Both the position numbers and the translations under genes were made by a program. From Minisyncoccia bacterium (GTDB lineage: Bacteria; Patescibacteriota; Minisyncoccia; SW-4-49-11): a DNA stretch of 64,000 bases. The stretch spans positions 1-64,000 of the forward strand of contig JBIKVS010000003.1 of assembly GCA_044356725.1 (NCBI GenBank). Reading direction: 5' to 3'. Every line of letters begins with the position of its first letter. Position 1 is the stretch's first letter. The notes under the pieces are model-generated. The model made no database searches. It was not told the DNA's origin and worked only from the letters and a program-made list of their open reading frames with translations. Positions 20,785-30,133 of this stretch are shown piece after piece.

Positions 20785-23256
20785 TTATCGCAACTGTTCT
20801 AATTTCAGACGGGCAGGCTCAGCCTTAGGGTCAAGCTCTAATACCTTTTGATAATTTTGTTTTGCCAAATCAAACTTTTTCTCAATCTCATAAATCTCAC
20901 CCAGTTTGAAGTATACATTGGTGTAATTTGGGAAAGTTTCTAATAGTTTATTATATACAGCTATAGCCTCTATATATTGATTATTATTCTGATAAGCTAA
21001 GCCCAATAAATACACTAATTCCTGATTAGCTGGTATAGATTTTTCATTCACTATCTGCACATATTCTTCTAGAATATCAATCTGCTCTTCATAAGCTTCA
21101 CTTAAAGATAATAAATCATAATAATTTTTGTAAGCTTCAGCTGAAAATTTATTTTTATCTATAGTAGTATTGAGAATAGATTTAGCTTTTTCTAATTGTT
21201 CTGAATTAATCTTTTCCCCTTTTTGAGCTTGTCTAGCATAATATTGAGCCTCATAAATATCCCAATCTTGAGATTGAGGCTTCAGGTCTCTACCTTTAGA
21301 TATAAAGGCTAGGTATTCATTTTCATCTACTTCACCATATTGATGTATTAGTGAAGATAGCTCTAATTGCCAATATATGACTCTGCTATCTAGTGTGAAT
21401 TTAGTTTTATATTCATCAATTAATTCTTGAGTTTTTTGGATATTATCTTGAACAGTCTTTTGTTTTTCTGGATCTATATTAGATCTCACATTATTCTCAT
21501 TATTGCTATTGAATAACTCGAATGATTGTGCATTAATTTTCTTAATCAAAGCTTGAATATACAAATTAGTATATTCAACCATATAAGGAGATTTCATTTG
21601 AGCTTGAGATAATAGTTTCACTTGCTCTTCCAAATTATCCTGTACTTGACTAGCCCGCACAATATATGCTTGAGATTGTATAATATTATATATTTTACTA
21701 GAACCAAGAATAACCAAGGATATTGAAAAAAGAGTAATAAAAGTAAATAAAGAAGATATAGAAGCTGGAATTGTATTAATATCCAAATTTAATTTGAATA
21801 TAGGTTTAAAATATTTAGTAAATATATTACTCCATAAAACTAAAATAATAATAAATATAACTTTATTAATAATTGAAAATGGTATCAAAAACAATCCCCC
21901 TAAACTTAAGATTAAAGGCAATATTTCAACAGGCACAGTTTTTTGGATTAGCACAACTCTCAAAATGGATAATAAAACCCATAAAGCTAATAAAATTAAT
22001 AGCCCAGATACTATAACTCCATTCTTGACTATTATATTAATAATTTCATTAAATAAAGTCTCAAAACTAAAGCCTGAGAGTTGTGGAGATATATTATCAG
22101 GAGCAAATCTATCCCAAGCATAAATAATATTACCGCTACCAAACCAAGTATCTGACTGAATACTTTGTCTCATAATATCTAAGCTAATATCTAGACCAGG
22201 TTTAGCTATTATGGGATATTCTTGTATTTGAATATTATCCTGAAAAGGTCTTATTATCATAGCTGAGATTATCGCTATAATTATTATTCCTGATATAGCC
22301 GAAGCCCTAATAGTGATTAGTCTGGACTTAGATTGCAAAGTATGTCTTGAAGATATTTTTTTAAGATAAAATATAGTATGAACTACTAAATTAAGGATGC
22401 TCAATATATACATACTATTACCAGATAGTCGAATTAAAACTAAAATATGAATGATAATAGCTAAATAATAAAATACATTAAACACCTTATAAATGAAAGT
22501 CTTAGAATTAATCTTGGCTAAAATAGTAAATATGAAGTTAATAGAAAGCAGGGTCAATAATCCTAATTCCTGAGGAGATTCTGTTAGCCAAGTATTGGTA
22601 GGTTGTAATCTAGTTAAGATTGAGAATCTAACTAATACATCAGACCAATATCCAGCAATTCCTGATATCCCGGCTCCTACTAAGATTAAAATTGATACAA
22701 AAAATGACAATATACTAAGAGCTTTTTGACTTAGAAATAATTTCAAACCTATATAAAAAACAACCAAAAATCCAATCACTATCCCAGCATCAAAAATTCT
22801 AGCCGTACTCCCCCAAAAAGCTAAACGATTTGGATTAATAAAAGTAATACCAAATACCGCAAGTCCAGATATTATAAATAAAATATCCCCTAAAGTAATA
22901 GCCACTGAATGCTTAATAAGGCCAAATATCCAGAATATACTAGCTAAAAGCAAGAATCCAGTTACTCCAAATACAAAAACTATAGCCTTTGGTAATTGCC
23001 AAACACTAGACCAGTCTAAAACTATAACAGCTGATATAACAGCAAAAGATATAATATTATATAGAACTAATATCCACTGAGAATTGGATAAAGTTCTTGA
23101 TTTAGGATTTACTTTTGCAATTTGTGATTCACTTTTAGAACTAGATTTTTTAGAAATATTGGATTTAGTAGTAGATTGTAATTCTACCGATGCTTTTTCC
23201 CGCAGATTAATTACAGCCTTTGGCTTAGAGTTTGATTTTATTGAATTTAAATTCAT
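20785..23256 (-). CDS. Polytopic membrane protein with C-terminal TPRs (O-antigen-ligase-like architecture)
   Basis: About 12-13 hydrophobic segments, WFGSG..., TPR tail VYFKLGEIY...YQKVLELDP. Confidence 0.65.
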   Translation of the reverse strand: MNLNSIKSNSKPKAVINLREKASVELQSTTKSNISKKSSSKSESQIAKVNPKSRTLSNSQWILVLYNIISFAVISAVIVLDWSSVWQLPKAIVFVFGVTGFLLLASIFWIFGLIKHSVAITLGDILFIISGLAVFGITFINPNRLAFWGSTARIFDAGIVIGFLVVFYIGLKLFLSQKALSILSFFVSILILVGAGISGIAGYWSDVLVRFSILTRLQPTNTWLTESPQELGLLTLLSINFIFTILAKINSKTFIYKVFNVFYYLAIIIHILVLIRLSGNSMYILSILNLVVHTIFYLKKISSRHTLQSKSRLITIRASAISGIIIIAIISAMIIRPFQDNIQIQEYPIIAKPGLDISLDIMRQSIQSDTWFGSGNIIYAWDRFAPDNISPQLSGFSFETLFNEIINIIVKNGVIVSGLLILLALWVLLSILRVVLIQKTVPVEILPLILSLGGLFLIPFSIINKVIFIIILVLWSNIFTKYFKPIFKLNLDINTIPASISSLFTFITLFSISLVILGSSKIYNIIQSQAYIVRASQVQDNLEEQVKLLSQAQMKSPYMVEYTNLYIQALIKKINAQSFELFNSNNENNVRSNIDPEKQKTVQDNIQKTQELIDEYKTKFTLDSRVIYWQLELSSLIHQYGEVDENEYLAFISKGRDLKPQSQDWDIYEAQYYARQAQKGEKINSEQLEKAKSILNTTIDKNKFSAEAYKNYYDLLSLSEAYEEQIDILEEYVQIVNEKSIPANQELVYLLGLAYQNNNQYIEAIAVYNKLLETFPNYTNVYFKLGEIYEIEKKFDLAKQNYQKVLELDPKAEPARLKLEQLR

Positions 23257-23331
23257 TTTATTAATATAATATATTGTATTATATTATATTCTAACATATA
23301 TTCAGAATTTATCTAAGTGTTTGTATCGGAT

Positions 23332-23570
23332 AATTATAAATTATATAATTATCTGTCCTCCCTTGGGGGAGGTGTCACCGCAGGTGACGGAGGAGGACTG
23401 AGCTAAATTCCCCTCTTGAGGGGTGTCAGGCAAAAGCCTGACGGGGTGGAAAAATAAATTATGAATGATTAATTATAAATTATGAACCGTAGGGGCGCTG
23501 ACTCTACGAAATTAATGATTCCTAAGCCTGGTAAAGCATCCTAAATTTCGCGCGGGTGAGTCCAGGAATT
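23332..23570. repeat. Composite repeat island 2
   Basis: Hairpin copies 23353-23399 and 23408-23450; 7-mers 23457-23484; GTAGGGGCGCTGACTCTAC 23489-23507; CCTGG...CCAGG element ~23518-23569. Confidence 0.85.
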
Positions 23571-23578
23571 TAATCCCC

Positions 23579-25582
23579 TCAGCGAAGAACGCAACGAAAA
23601 GTAAGATCACCAGCTGTGAAACTTGGGGTGTTTAAGGTTGCAAGAGCAAATATTCCTGAATTAGAAGCTGCATTTGCATTACCACCACGTAAAAAGCCAA
23701 AGGCAGTGGTACCTGTGACTGTACCTGCCTGGTATTGCCCCATATTCTGACTACTATTCCAACTAGTATTACTTGGTCTAGTTAAATCATAGCTTAAAGT
23801 GCCGAAATTAGTTATTGCTGTCCATTGCTGCCAAAAGGTACCAGAACTGTTATTGGGTTTATCTTGTCCTAATATAGTATCACTTGTCCATTCCCAGGAA
23901 TTTCCACTTAAGTCCCATATTACTTCTCCATTACTAAGGGTATGAGTTCTTCTCTGTCCACTTGGACTAGTATTACCTGTTCCAGAGTATCCATCATTAT
24001 CATCTGTACTTGCTGACAATAAAAGAGCAGGAGAGTTATCGGTATGTCCGGACCACAAGCCTCCACTGCCTACTGTTCCTCCTGTCCAGTTTACTCCTTG
24101 CGCTTCTATGTTACGAGCTATGGTCATCCATTCTCTATTATTAATTAAACTTCCTCCTGCTAAGTTACACGCTGTTATAGCATTAGTCTGATTTAGGGAG
24201 CCTAGTGGTGGCCCTGCTGCTTGTGTGGTTGCTGCTACTGTTGATGATCCGGTCTTTGCTTCATATTTCATTACACAAAAGTCTCTAGTACCATATAAAC
24301 TACTTCCAGGTACTCGGATATAGCCTGTTGGACATTGTAGATACGACCAACCTGAAGCAGTACAAACTTGCAATCCCCCATTATTATATCTTAAAGTTCC
24401 TACATTAGAGCTAGTACAATTAGTAGTATCATTTCCAACTCTAATCCCACCATTTACATCTAATCTAGCTTGTGGGGTTGTGGTCCCGATACCTATATTC
24501 CCATTACCTAATATTCTCATCCTCTCATTAGCTCCATTTGCTCCAGTGAAGAATCTTATATCTTGAGCGGTAGCATTGGTAGTAGCTAAGACTAATGGCT
24601 GCGCACTTGTTGTACCTAACCTACTACCACTTGTCCCGTTCCAAGCATCTATAGTTGCATTCCCTGTTAAACTCCAGCCTGAACCTACGCTACTAAGACT
24701 TACCTGACTAAACTGTCCACTACTATTAGCTAATAAAACTCTATCGAAACCACTTGGAGTTGTAGTATTAGCCACTCCTCCTAAGAGTGATGAGGTGACG
24801 GCTGTATTAGAAATTGTAAATCTATTAACACCAGATGTACTAAATGTATATTGCTGTCCAACACTCCATAAAGTATTAAAACTTAATCCAAAATAAGTTT
24901 GAATAAATGAATTAGCAGAATTATCAGTAAATAAAGATAGTATATTAGTATTATCTGTATTTCTAATATTAAATGCACCTGCATTATTAGATGTATTTCT
25001 GATTGAAAGAACGGGATTATTACCCAAAAAGACTCCTTCTCCTCCTGAGTTTAGAGAGAAAGAATTGGTACTAGTACCACCATTTGCTACTAATCTCATA
25101 GAATTTATAGCTGACATTGCTGAGCCTATTCTCTTACGAGGGCTGAATATCTCTTCATAAGATCCATTCCCATCCGCATCTAATTGTAATTCTACCCATA
25201 AAGAATCATCATTGATAGAGCTAAGAGTTGTATTTTGACTTCCTAATAAAATTTCAAACCTACCATCAACAATAGATAATAGTGGCGATACTATTCCTGA
25301 GTAAGTTGTACTTCCATCTCTTATCTCTTCATATATAGATGTACCCCCAGAGACTACATTGTACAAACTAAACTTAACTCTATATCCTCCATCTGCTAAC
25401 ACTGTCCCATCATTTTTCACAATGGTCCCCGAATACGGTATCTGAGCATTAATACCAGTCCCTGCTAAGACTTTATTATAATTAGATATGATTAAAAATA
25501 TTATGAATAAGAAAGCAATAACCCATCTTAGATATGACTTATATTGTATATTAGCAAGTTTGTAAGATTTAAACACATTCAT
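23579..25582 (-). CDS. Secreted surface/fibre-like protein with C-terminal FGE-sulfatase (CLec-fold) domain
   Basis: Signal/TM; ERMRILGNGNIGIGTTTPQARLDV fibre repeat; CPTGYI..DFCVMKYEAK, WDLSGNSWEW, LRGG...FRCV. Confidence 0.8.
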   Translation of the reverse strand: MNVFKSYKLANIQYKSYLRWVIAFLFIIFLIISNYNKVLAGTGINAQIPYSGTIVKNDGTVLADGGYRVKFSLYNVVSGGTSIYEEIRDGSTTYSGIVSPLLSIVDGRFEILLGSQNTTLSSINDDSLWVELQLDADGNGSYEEIFSPRKRIGSAMSAINSMRLVANGGTSTNSFSLNSGGEGVFLGNNPVLSIRNTSNNAGAFNIRNTDNTNILSLFTDNSANSFIQTYFGLSFNTLWSVGQQYTFSTSGVNRFTISNTAVTSSLLGGVANTTTPSGFDRVLLANSSGQFSQVSLSSVGSGWSLTGNATIDAWNGTSGSRLGTTSAQPLVLATTNATAQDIRFFTGANGANERMRILGNGNIGIGTTTPQARLDVNGGIRVGNDTTNCTSSNVGTLRYNNGGLQVCTASGWSYLQCPTGYIRVPGSSLYGTRDFCVMKYEAKTGSSTVAATTQAAGPPLGSLNQTNAITACNLAGGSLINNREWMTIARNIEAQGVNWTGGTVGSGGLWSGHTDNSPALLLSASTDDNDGYSGTGNTSPSGQRRTHTLSNGEVIWDLSGNSWEWTSDTILGQDKPNNSSGTFWQQWTAITNFGTLSYDLTRPSNTSWNSSQNMGQYQAGTVTGTTAFGFLRGGNANAASNSGIFALATLNTPSFTAGDLTFRCVLR

Positions 25583-25670
25583 TATTTATCAATGTTTATT
25601 TTATAAAATACTTTATATATGTTAATAAAACTATTATACCATTTATCTGAAATAATTTCAATAATAAAAT

Positions 25671-25779
25671 TGTGGATAACTTTATATATGTCTATTTCCA
25701 GCTTAACGGCTTAACTTAATATTAGATCTTAAATTGTGGATAACTTTATATTGACAAAATAATGTATTTGATTTAATCT
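25671..25779 (+). promoter_or_regulatory. Two DnaA boxes and sigma70 promoter of pilin 1
   Basis: TGTGGATAA at 25671-79 and 25735-43; TTGACA 25751-56, 17 bp, TAATCT 25774-79. Confidence 0.7.
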
Positions 25780-25816
25780 ATATTTAGAGTTATCATTAAC
25801 ATTACTCAAAACTCAT

Positions 25817-26347
25817 ATGAAAATTTACTCTACTTCTTCAAGCAAAGGTTTCACCTTACTTGAAATCCTATTGGTGATCGCTGCTATCGGTATCTTAGCT
25901 GCTATCGTCTTAGTTGCTATCAATCCTAACAGACAACTTGCTCAAGCCCGCAATGCTCAGAGAAGGTCTGATGTTACTACTATTTCTAATGCTGTTTATC
26001 AAAGAATTATTGATGATGCTGCAAACAATTTAACAACTATGAATACAGCTTTAGTTGATAATTTTGTTTATGCTATAGGTACATCAGGTACAGCAACCAC
26101 AGTAGAAGCAACTTGTGCCACCCTAACTAATGTTAATGGAACAACTGCTACTAGGACAATTGATTTAGCTACTACATTAGCACCAAATTTTCTTGCATCA
26201 ATTCCATTTGATCCCCGTGGTGGAAGTACAGCATGTACTGGATATGTAATTACTCAATCCGGAACACCAGAAAATGGTAGAATAACAGTTACAGCTCCAA
26301 TAGCAGGTAGTGATTTAGCAGGTAGCTCAATATCTGTAACAAGATAA
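25817..26347 (+). CDS. Type IV pilin (probable major pilin 1)
   Basis: KG|FTLLEILLVIAAIGILAAIVLVAINP; two Cys; DP motif. Confidence 0.92.
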   Translation: MKIYSTSSSKGFTLLEILLVIAAIGILAAIVLVAINPNRQLAQARNAQRRSDVTTISNAVYQRIIDDAANNLTTMNTALVDNFVYAIGTSGTATTVEATCATLTNVNGTTATRTIDLATTLAPNFLASIPFDPRGGSTACTGYVITQSGTPENGRITVTAPIAGSDLAGSSISVTR

Positions 26348-26360
26348 TTATTTATCTATA

Positions 26361-26399
26361 AAATTAAAAAGAGATGCTATGTACATCTCTTTTTAATTT
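26361..26399 (+). terminator. Intrinsic terminator
   Basis: AAATTAAAAAGAGATG-7nt-CATCTCTTTTTAATTT. Confidence 0.8.
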
Positions 26400-26404
26400 T
26401 CAAT

Positions 26405-26449
26405 TGTGGATAACTTTATATTGACAATTTAAGATATATAATTTAATAT
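26405..26449 (+). promoter_or_regulatory. DnaA box and sigma70 promoter of pilin 2
   Basis: TGTGGATAA 26405-13; TTGACA 26421-26, 17 bp, TAATAT 26444-49. Confidence 0.7.
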
Positions 26450-26486
26450 ATATATAGAGTTATAATTAACATTAATCAAAAATAAT

Positions 26487-26987
26487 ATGAAAACTTACTC
26501 TACTTCATCAAGCAAAGGTTTCACCTTACTTGAAATATTATTAGTTATCGCTGCTATCGGTATCTTAGCTGCTATCGTATTAGTTGCTATTAACCCTAAT
26601 AGACAACTTGCACAAGCTCGTAATGCTCAGAGAAGATCTGATATTAATACTATACTGAATGCTGTTTATCAAAAAATTATTGATGAAGGTACCTCCGGAA
26701 GTACTGTCACATTAACTGCAATTTCTACTACAGCAGGAGAAGTTAATAGAAATAACACTACAGGCTCAACCGAATGTACAGGAACTGCTGTTAATATGTC
26801 ATCTGTAGCATCAGATGCTGGAGCTGATGTTGTGCCTACTTATTTAGCAGCTATTCCTCAGGATCCATCTGAACCAGGAACTTCAAATTGTAGTGGATAT
26901 CTAATTTCTAAAGACGGGAATAATAGAATAACTGTCACTGCTGACAATACCGAGTTAGTAACTCCAGACTTCTTTGTAACAAGATAA
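26487..26987 (+). CDS. Type IV pilin (probable major pilin 2)
   Basis: N-terminal ~52 aa nearly identical to pilin 1, divergent head. Confidence 0.92.
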   Translation: MKTYSTSSSKGFTLLEILLVIAAIGILAAIVLVAINPNRQLAQARNAQRRSDINTILNAVYQKIIDEGTSGSTVTLTAISTTAGEVNRNNTTGSTECTGTAVNMSSVASDAGADVVPTYLAAIPQDPSEPGTSNCSGYLISKDGNNRITVTADNTELVTPDFFVTR

Positions 26988-27004
26988 TAACTATCTTAAA
27001 TACT

Positions 27005-27038
27005 ATAAAAAATTGGAGCTTAAGCTCCAATTTTTTAT
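27005..27038. terminator. Bidirectional intrinsic terminator
   Basis: Perfect palindrome ATAAAAAATTGGAGCTTAAGCTCCAATTTTTTAT between convergent genes. Confidence 0.85.
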
Positions 27039-27095
27039 TTTAATAATATAATATTTTATTTAGATTGCTATTAGATTAGAATGTCAATACAAAAC

Positions 27096-28484
27096 TTATT
27101 TATTGATTATATCGGTCAACCTAAACTTAATCTCTTCCATTATAGCTTCAGTTTTACCCTCTACAATTAATCTTAATACGGGCTCAGTATTAGATGCTCT
27201 AACTGAGAACCAAAAGTTTGGATAATCTATTCTAACTCCATCTAATTCACTCAAGTTTCCCTGATTAAATTCTTGTTTAATCTCTGCTAATATCTCTTCT
27301 TTAGACCTCCCAATCTCAAAGTTAATCTCTCCTGAATGAGAGTAGATAAATAAATCTTTGGTAAGTTCATTAAGAGTTAATTCATTTTCTGATAATAGTT
27401 CTAATATCTTTAAAGCCACAAATAGTGGATTTTCAAAATAGGCATGTTCTGAGCCTTTCATTACATCTAGATAAAAATGTCCTGAGAATTCTCCTGCAAA
27501 GAAAGCTTTTTCTTCTCGCATCTGAGCTTTTATAAATGAGTGTCCTACTCTAGTCTGAATTGGTATACCACCTTGTCTTGTAATCTCTTCTGGAGTTATA
27601 TTAGATGATCTAAGGTCATATAATATCTTGGCTCCTTCTCTACCTGTTAATAACATCTGAGTTAAGAGTGCGGTAGTTATATCTGGTCTAATGGTCTTAC
27701 CTGTATTATCTACGAATGAGACTCTATCAAAGTCACCATCTCCAGCTATTCCACAGTCAGCTCCTAATTCTATAATTTTATTTTGTAAAGCTATTAATGT
27801 TTCTTCTTTCAATGGATTAGCTTCATGATTAGGAAAATTTCCATCCAGTTCTGGGTATAGATAAGTAACTTCTAGTTGTGGGAAATTATCCAAGAAAGCC
27901 TTAATGGCAGGATATCCCATTCCATTGGCGGTATCAACCACAACTTTCATTGGTTTTATCTCAATTTGCTTATTCTGATAGCTTAAAACATTCTGTATAT
28001 AATCTTGTAGGGTATCAGGCTTAATAGTCTCTGATATAGGTAAATTTTTGGCTTCTATGTCATTACTCATTACTATATCTCGCATCTGATATATACCCAT
28101 ATCTCCTGAGATTGGAATAGCATTTTTCTTGACTAATTTAAATCCATTATATTCTGATGGATTATGGGAAGCTGTGATGATAATTCCCCCATCTACCCCA
28201 TATTCTAAAACAGCATAATACATCATTGGAGTTGAGGATAGTCCAATATTGATAATGTCTATACTCTCATCTGCTAGTCCTTGCTTTATTTGAGATTCTA
28301 GAGCTATGCCAGATTCTCTCATATCACGAGCAAGAATTATAGTTAAATTTTCTTGATTTGGATATTCATTTCTTAAGAACTGACCATAAGCTCTACCTAA
28401 TCTGTAAGCTGTTTCATTAGTTAGGTCAGTACCATATATACCTCTAATATCATAGGCTTTGAATATACTTGGGTTGGTATGCAT
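27096..28484 (-). CDS. Phosphomannomutase/phosphoglucomutase
   Basis: FKAYDIRG, TASHNP, DGDFDR, GEFSGH, RASNTEP. Confidence 0.95.
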   Translation of the reverse strand: MHTNPSIFKAYDIRGIYGTDLTNETAYRLGRAYGQFLRNEYPNQENLTIILARDMRESGIALESQIKQGLADESIDIINIGLSSTPMMYYAVLEYGVDGGIIITASHNPSEYNGFKLVKKNAIPISGDMGIYQMRDIVMSNDIEAKNLPISETIKPDTLQDYIQNVLSYQNKQIEIKPMKVVVDTANGMGYPAIKAFLDNFPQLEVTYLYPELDGNFPNHEANPLKEETLIALQNKIIELGADCGIAGDGDFDRVSFVDNTGKTIRPDITTALLTQMLLTGREGAKILYDLRSSNITPEEITRQGGIPIQTRVGHSFIKAQMREEKAFFAGEFSGHFYLDVMKGSEHAYFENPLFVALKILELLSENELTLNELTKDLFIYSHSGEINFEIGRSKEEILAEIKQEFNQGNLSELDGVRIDYPNFWFSVRASNTEPVLRLIVEGKTEAIMEEIKFRLTDIINK

Positions 28485-28508
28485 ATATATTAACTTTTAA
28501 CTAAAATG

Positions 28509-28581
28509 TGCCCCGAGTAAGACTTGCACTTACGACACCAGGTTCTTCAGACCTGTGCTCTACTACCTGAGCTATCGAGGC
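28509..28581 (-). tRNA. tRNA-Phe(GAA), CCA not encoded
   Basis: GCCTCGA/TCGGGGC acceptor stem; CAGGT-CTGAAGA-ACCTG anticodon arm; GTAAG-TGCAAGT-CTTAC T arm. Confidence 0.95.
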
Positions 28582-28587
28582 TATTTA

Positions 28588-29181
28588 TTAATTATCTAAT
28601 GAAACTGACGATTTGTCAATAACAATTTGTGTGTTTTTGTTCTCTAATATGTCTAATACAAATTTATCAAACATATTTTGTCTATATTCAAACTCTTTTA
28701 AAGTCAAGACTGTATAGATTATTTCTTGAGCTAATTCTGTTTCAATATCTTGAATAAGAGTTTCAAATTTTTTCTCATTTACATCATCAGCTACCAGAAA
28801 CATATCTACTCTATCTTTATCTCTTTGTAAAAATGCCCCCATAACTATACATAAATGTATAGTTCCAATTTTGTCAAGTTTTTGGGCCAATGTCTCAAAA
28901 AATGATTGACTTAAGCGAAATATAACTGATTCCAAAGCTAATACTTCCTCAATTTGATTTAAAATATAACTGGTTTCTTTTTTAGATTTAAATTCTTGAA
29001 TTATATTATACTTGATGGCTTGTCTTAATTCTACTTTAAGTGTATTTACTGGTATATGAGTTCTTGTATGTAATTCCTCTAAAGTTAATTTTAGAGTAGC
29101 ATCTTTCAAAAAAACCTTTAGAATTTTAACTTTTTCTGTTCCTAATAAATATACTAATGGACTTTTCAGATTAAGAGACAT
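28588..29181 (-). CDS. wHTH plus degenerate nucleotidyltransferase-like protein
   Basis: N-terminal HTH-like region; MGAF...RVDMFLVAD; IYTVLTLKEFEYR. Confidence 0.6.
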   Translation of the reverse strand: MSLNLKSPLVYLLGTEKVKILKVFLKDATLKLTLEELHTRTHIPVNTLKVELRQAIKYNIIQEFKSKKETSYILNQIEEVLALESVIFRLSQSFFETLAQKLDKIGTIHLCIVMGAFLQRDKDRVDMFLVADDVNEKKFETLIQDIETELAQEIIYTVLTLKEFEYRQNMFDKFVLDILENKNTQIVIDKSSVSLDN

Positions 29182-29269
29182 AGACGGAAGAAAGGTTATA
29201 CTTATTTACTATATTATATTGTACCTAAAATATAGTAAATAATCAATATATTGTATGAGATGATGAAAT

Positions 29270-29612
29270 CGTAGACATTGAGTCAAGGAATGAAAGTAAT
29301 CCATAGAGTATCAGACAATTAACTGTCCTCCCTTCTACCTACGGCAGACAGGTGGGAGAGGTGGCCCCGTAAATGGGTCGGGAAAACTGGAGTTTTCCTG
29401 TGGAGGAAGGCAACGAGGTCAAAGACCGAGTGTTGGAAACCGTGGCTTTCCAAGGAACAAATCCCATTTGCGAAGACGGAGGAGGACTTCAGGCGGACGT
29501 AAGCTCCCACCTATGGTCTATACTTCATAATTCAATCTCTATCCACCCTCCCCCTTCCGGTACTCCCTCCTAAGGGAGACAAAATACATCTCAATATTAA
29601 AGTATTGTCTAC
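29270..29612. repeat. Composite repeat island 3 with nested insertions
   Basis: Hairpin copy 29323-29488 split by two inserts; inverted copy 29541-29582; bracketed by CGTAGACA (~29270) and TGTCTACG (~29606-29613). Confidence 0.85.
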
Positions 29613-29635
29613 GATGTTTCTAATCTTTTTAAATG

Positions 29636-30130
29636 TTACAAAATTTCTTGAATTTTTTTATATACTTGTTCTAATATTAGCTTGTCCTCCAGAGATATTT
29701 TCTTTAGAACAAATGCCTGTGCTTTTTGCCCTATAAATCTCTCTGCTCTAATCCCAACTCTCACTCTAGTTACAGCTGGAGAAATATGCTGAAATATCGA
29801 GTCTACACCATGATGGCCTCCACTACCTCGATTAGTTTGAATTTTATATTCACCTAAAATAATATCTGAGTCATCATGAATAATTATAATCTCACTATCT
29901 TGAATATTATAATATTGCTTCACTGCTAAAACAGCTTGTCCAGAGTTATTCATATAGGTATGTGGTTTGAGATAGATATGATCTCCTTGTTTATAAATTG
30001 ACCCTAAAAATTGTTTTTTATAGCCAAAATCTGCTCTATTAGTAATGATATCTAAGAATTCAAATCCTATATTATGATAGGTATCTCTGTAATTATCTCC
30101 AATATTACCAAGTCCTACTATTAATTTCAT
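29636..30130 (-). CDS. pth: Peptidyl-tRNA hydrolase
   Basis: LIVGLGN, HNIGF, KPHTYMNNSG, HDD, GGHHG, RVRVGI. Confidence 0.95.
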   Translation of the reverse strand: MKLIVGLGNIGDNYRDTYHNIGFEFLDIITNRADFGYKKQFLGSIYKQGDHIYLKPHTYMNNSGQAVLAVKQYYNIQDSEIIIIHDDSDIILGEYKIQTNRGSGGHHGVDSIFQHISPAVTRVRVGIRAERFIGQKAQAFVLKKISLEDKLILEQVYKKIQEIL

Positions 30131-30133
30131 AGC

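Noticed and set aside
23579-25582. Prophage (fibre-like and LamG genes)
   Set aside because: No capsid, terminase, portal or integrase; the domains are fused to signal peptides or pilins among housekeeping genes.
25671-25760. Replication origin
   Set aside because: Only 2-3 boxes, tied to promoters; no dnaA/dnaN nearby and dominant gene orientation is unchanged on either side.
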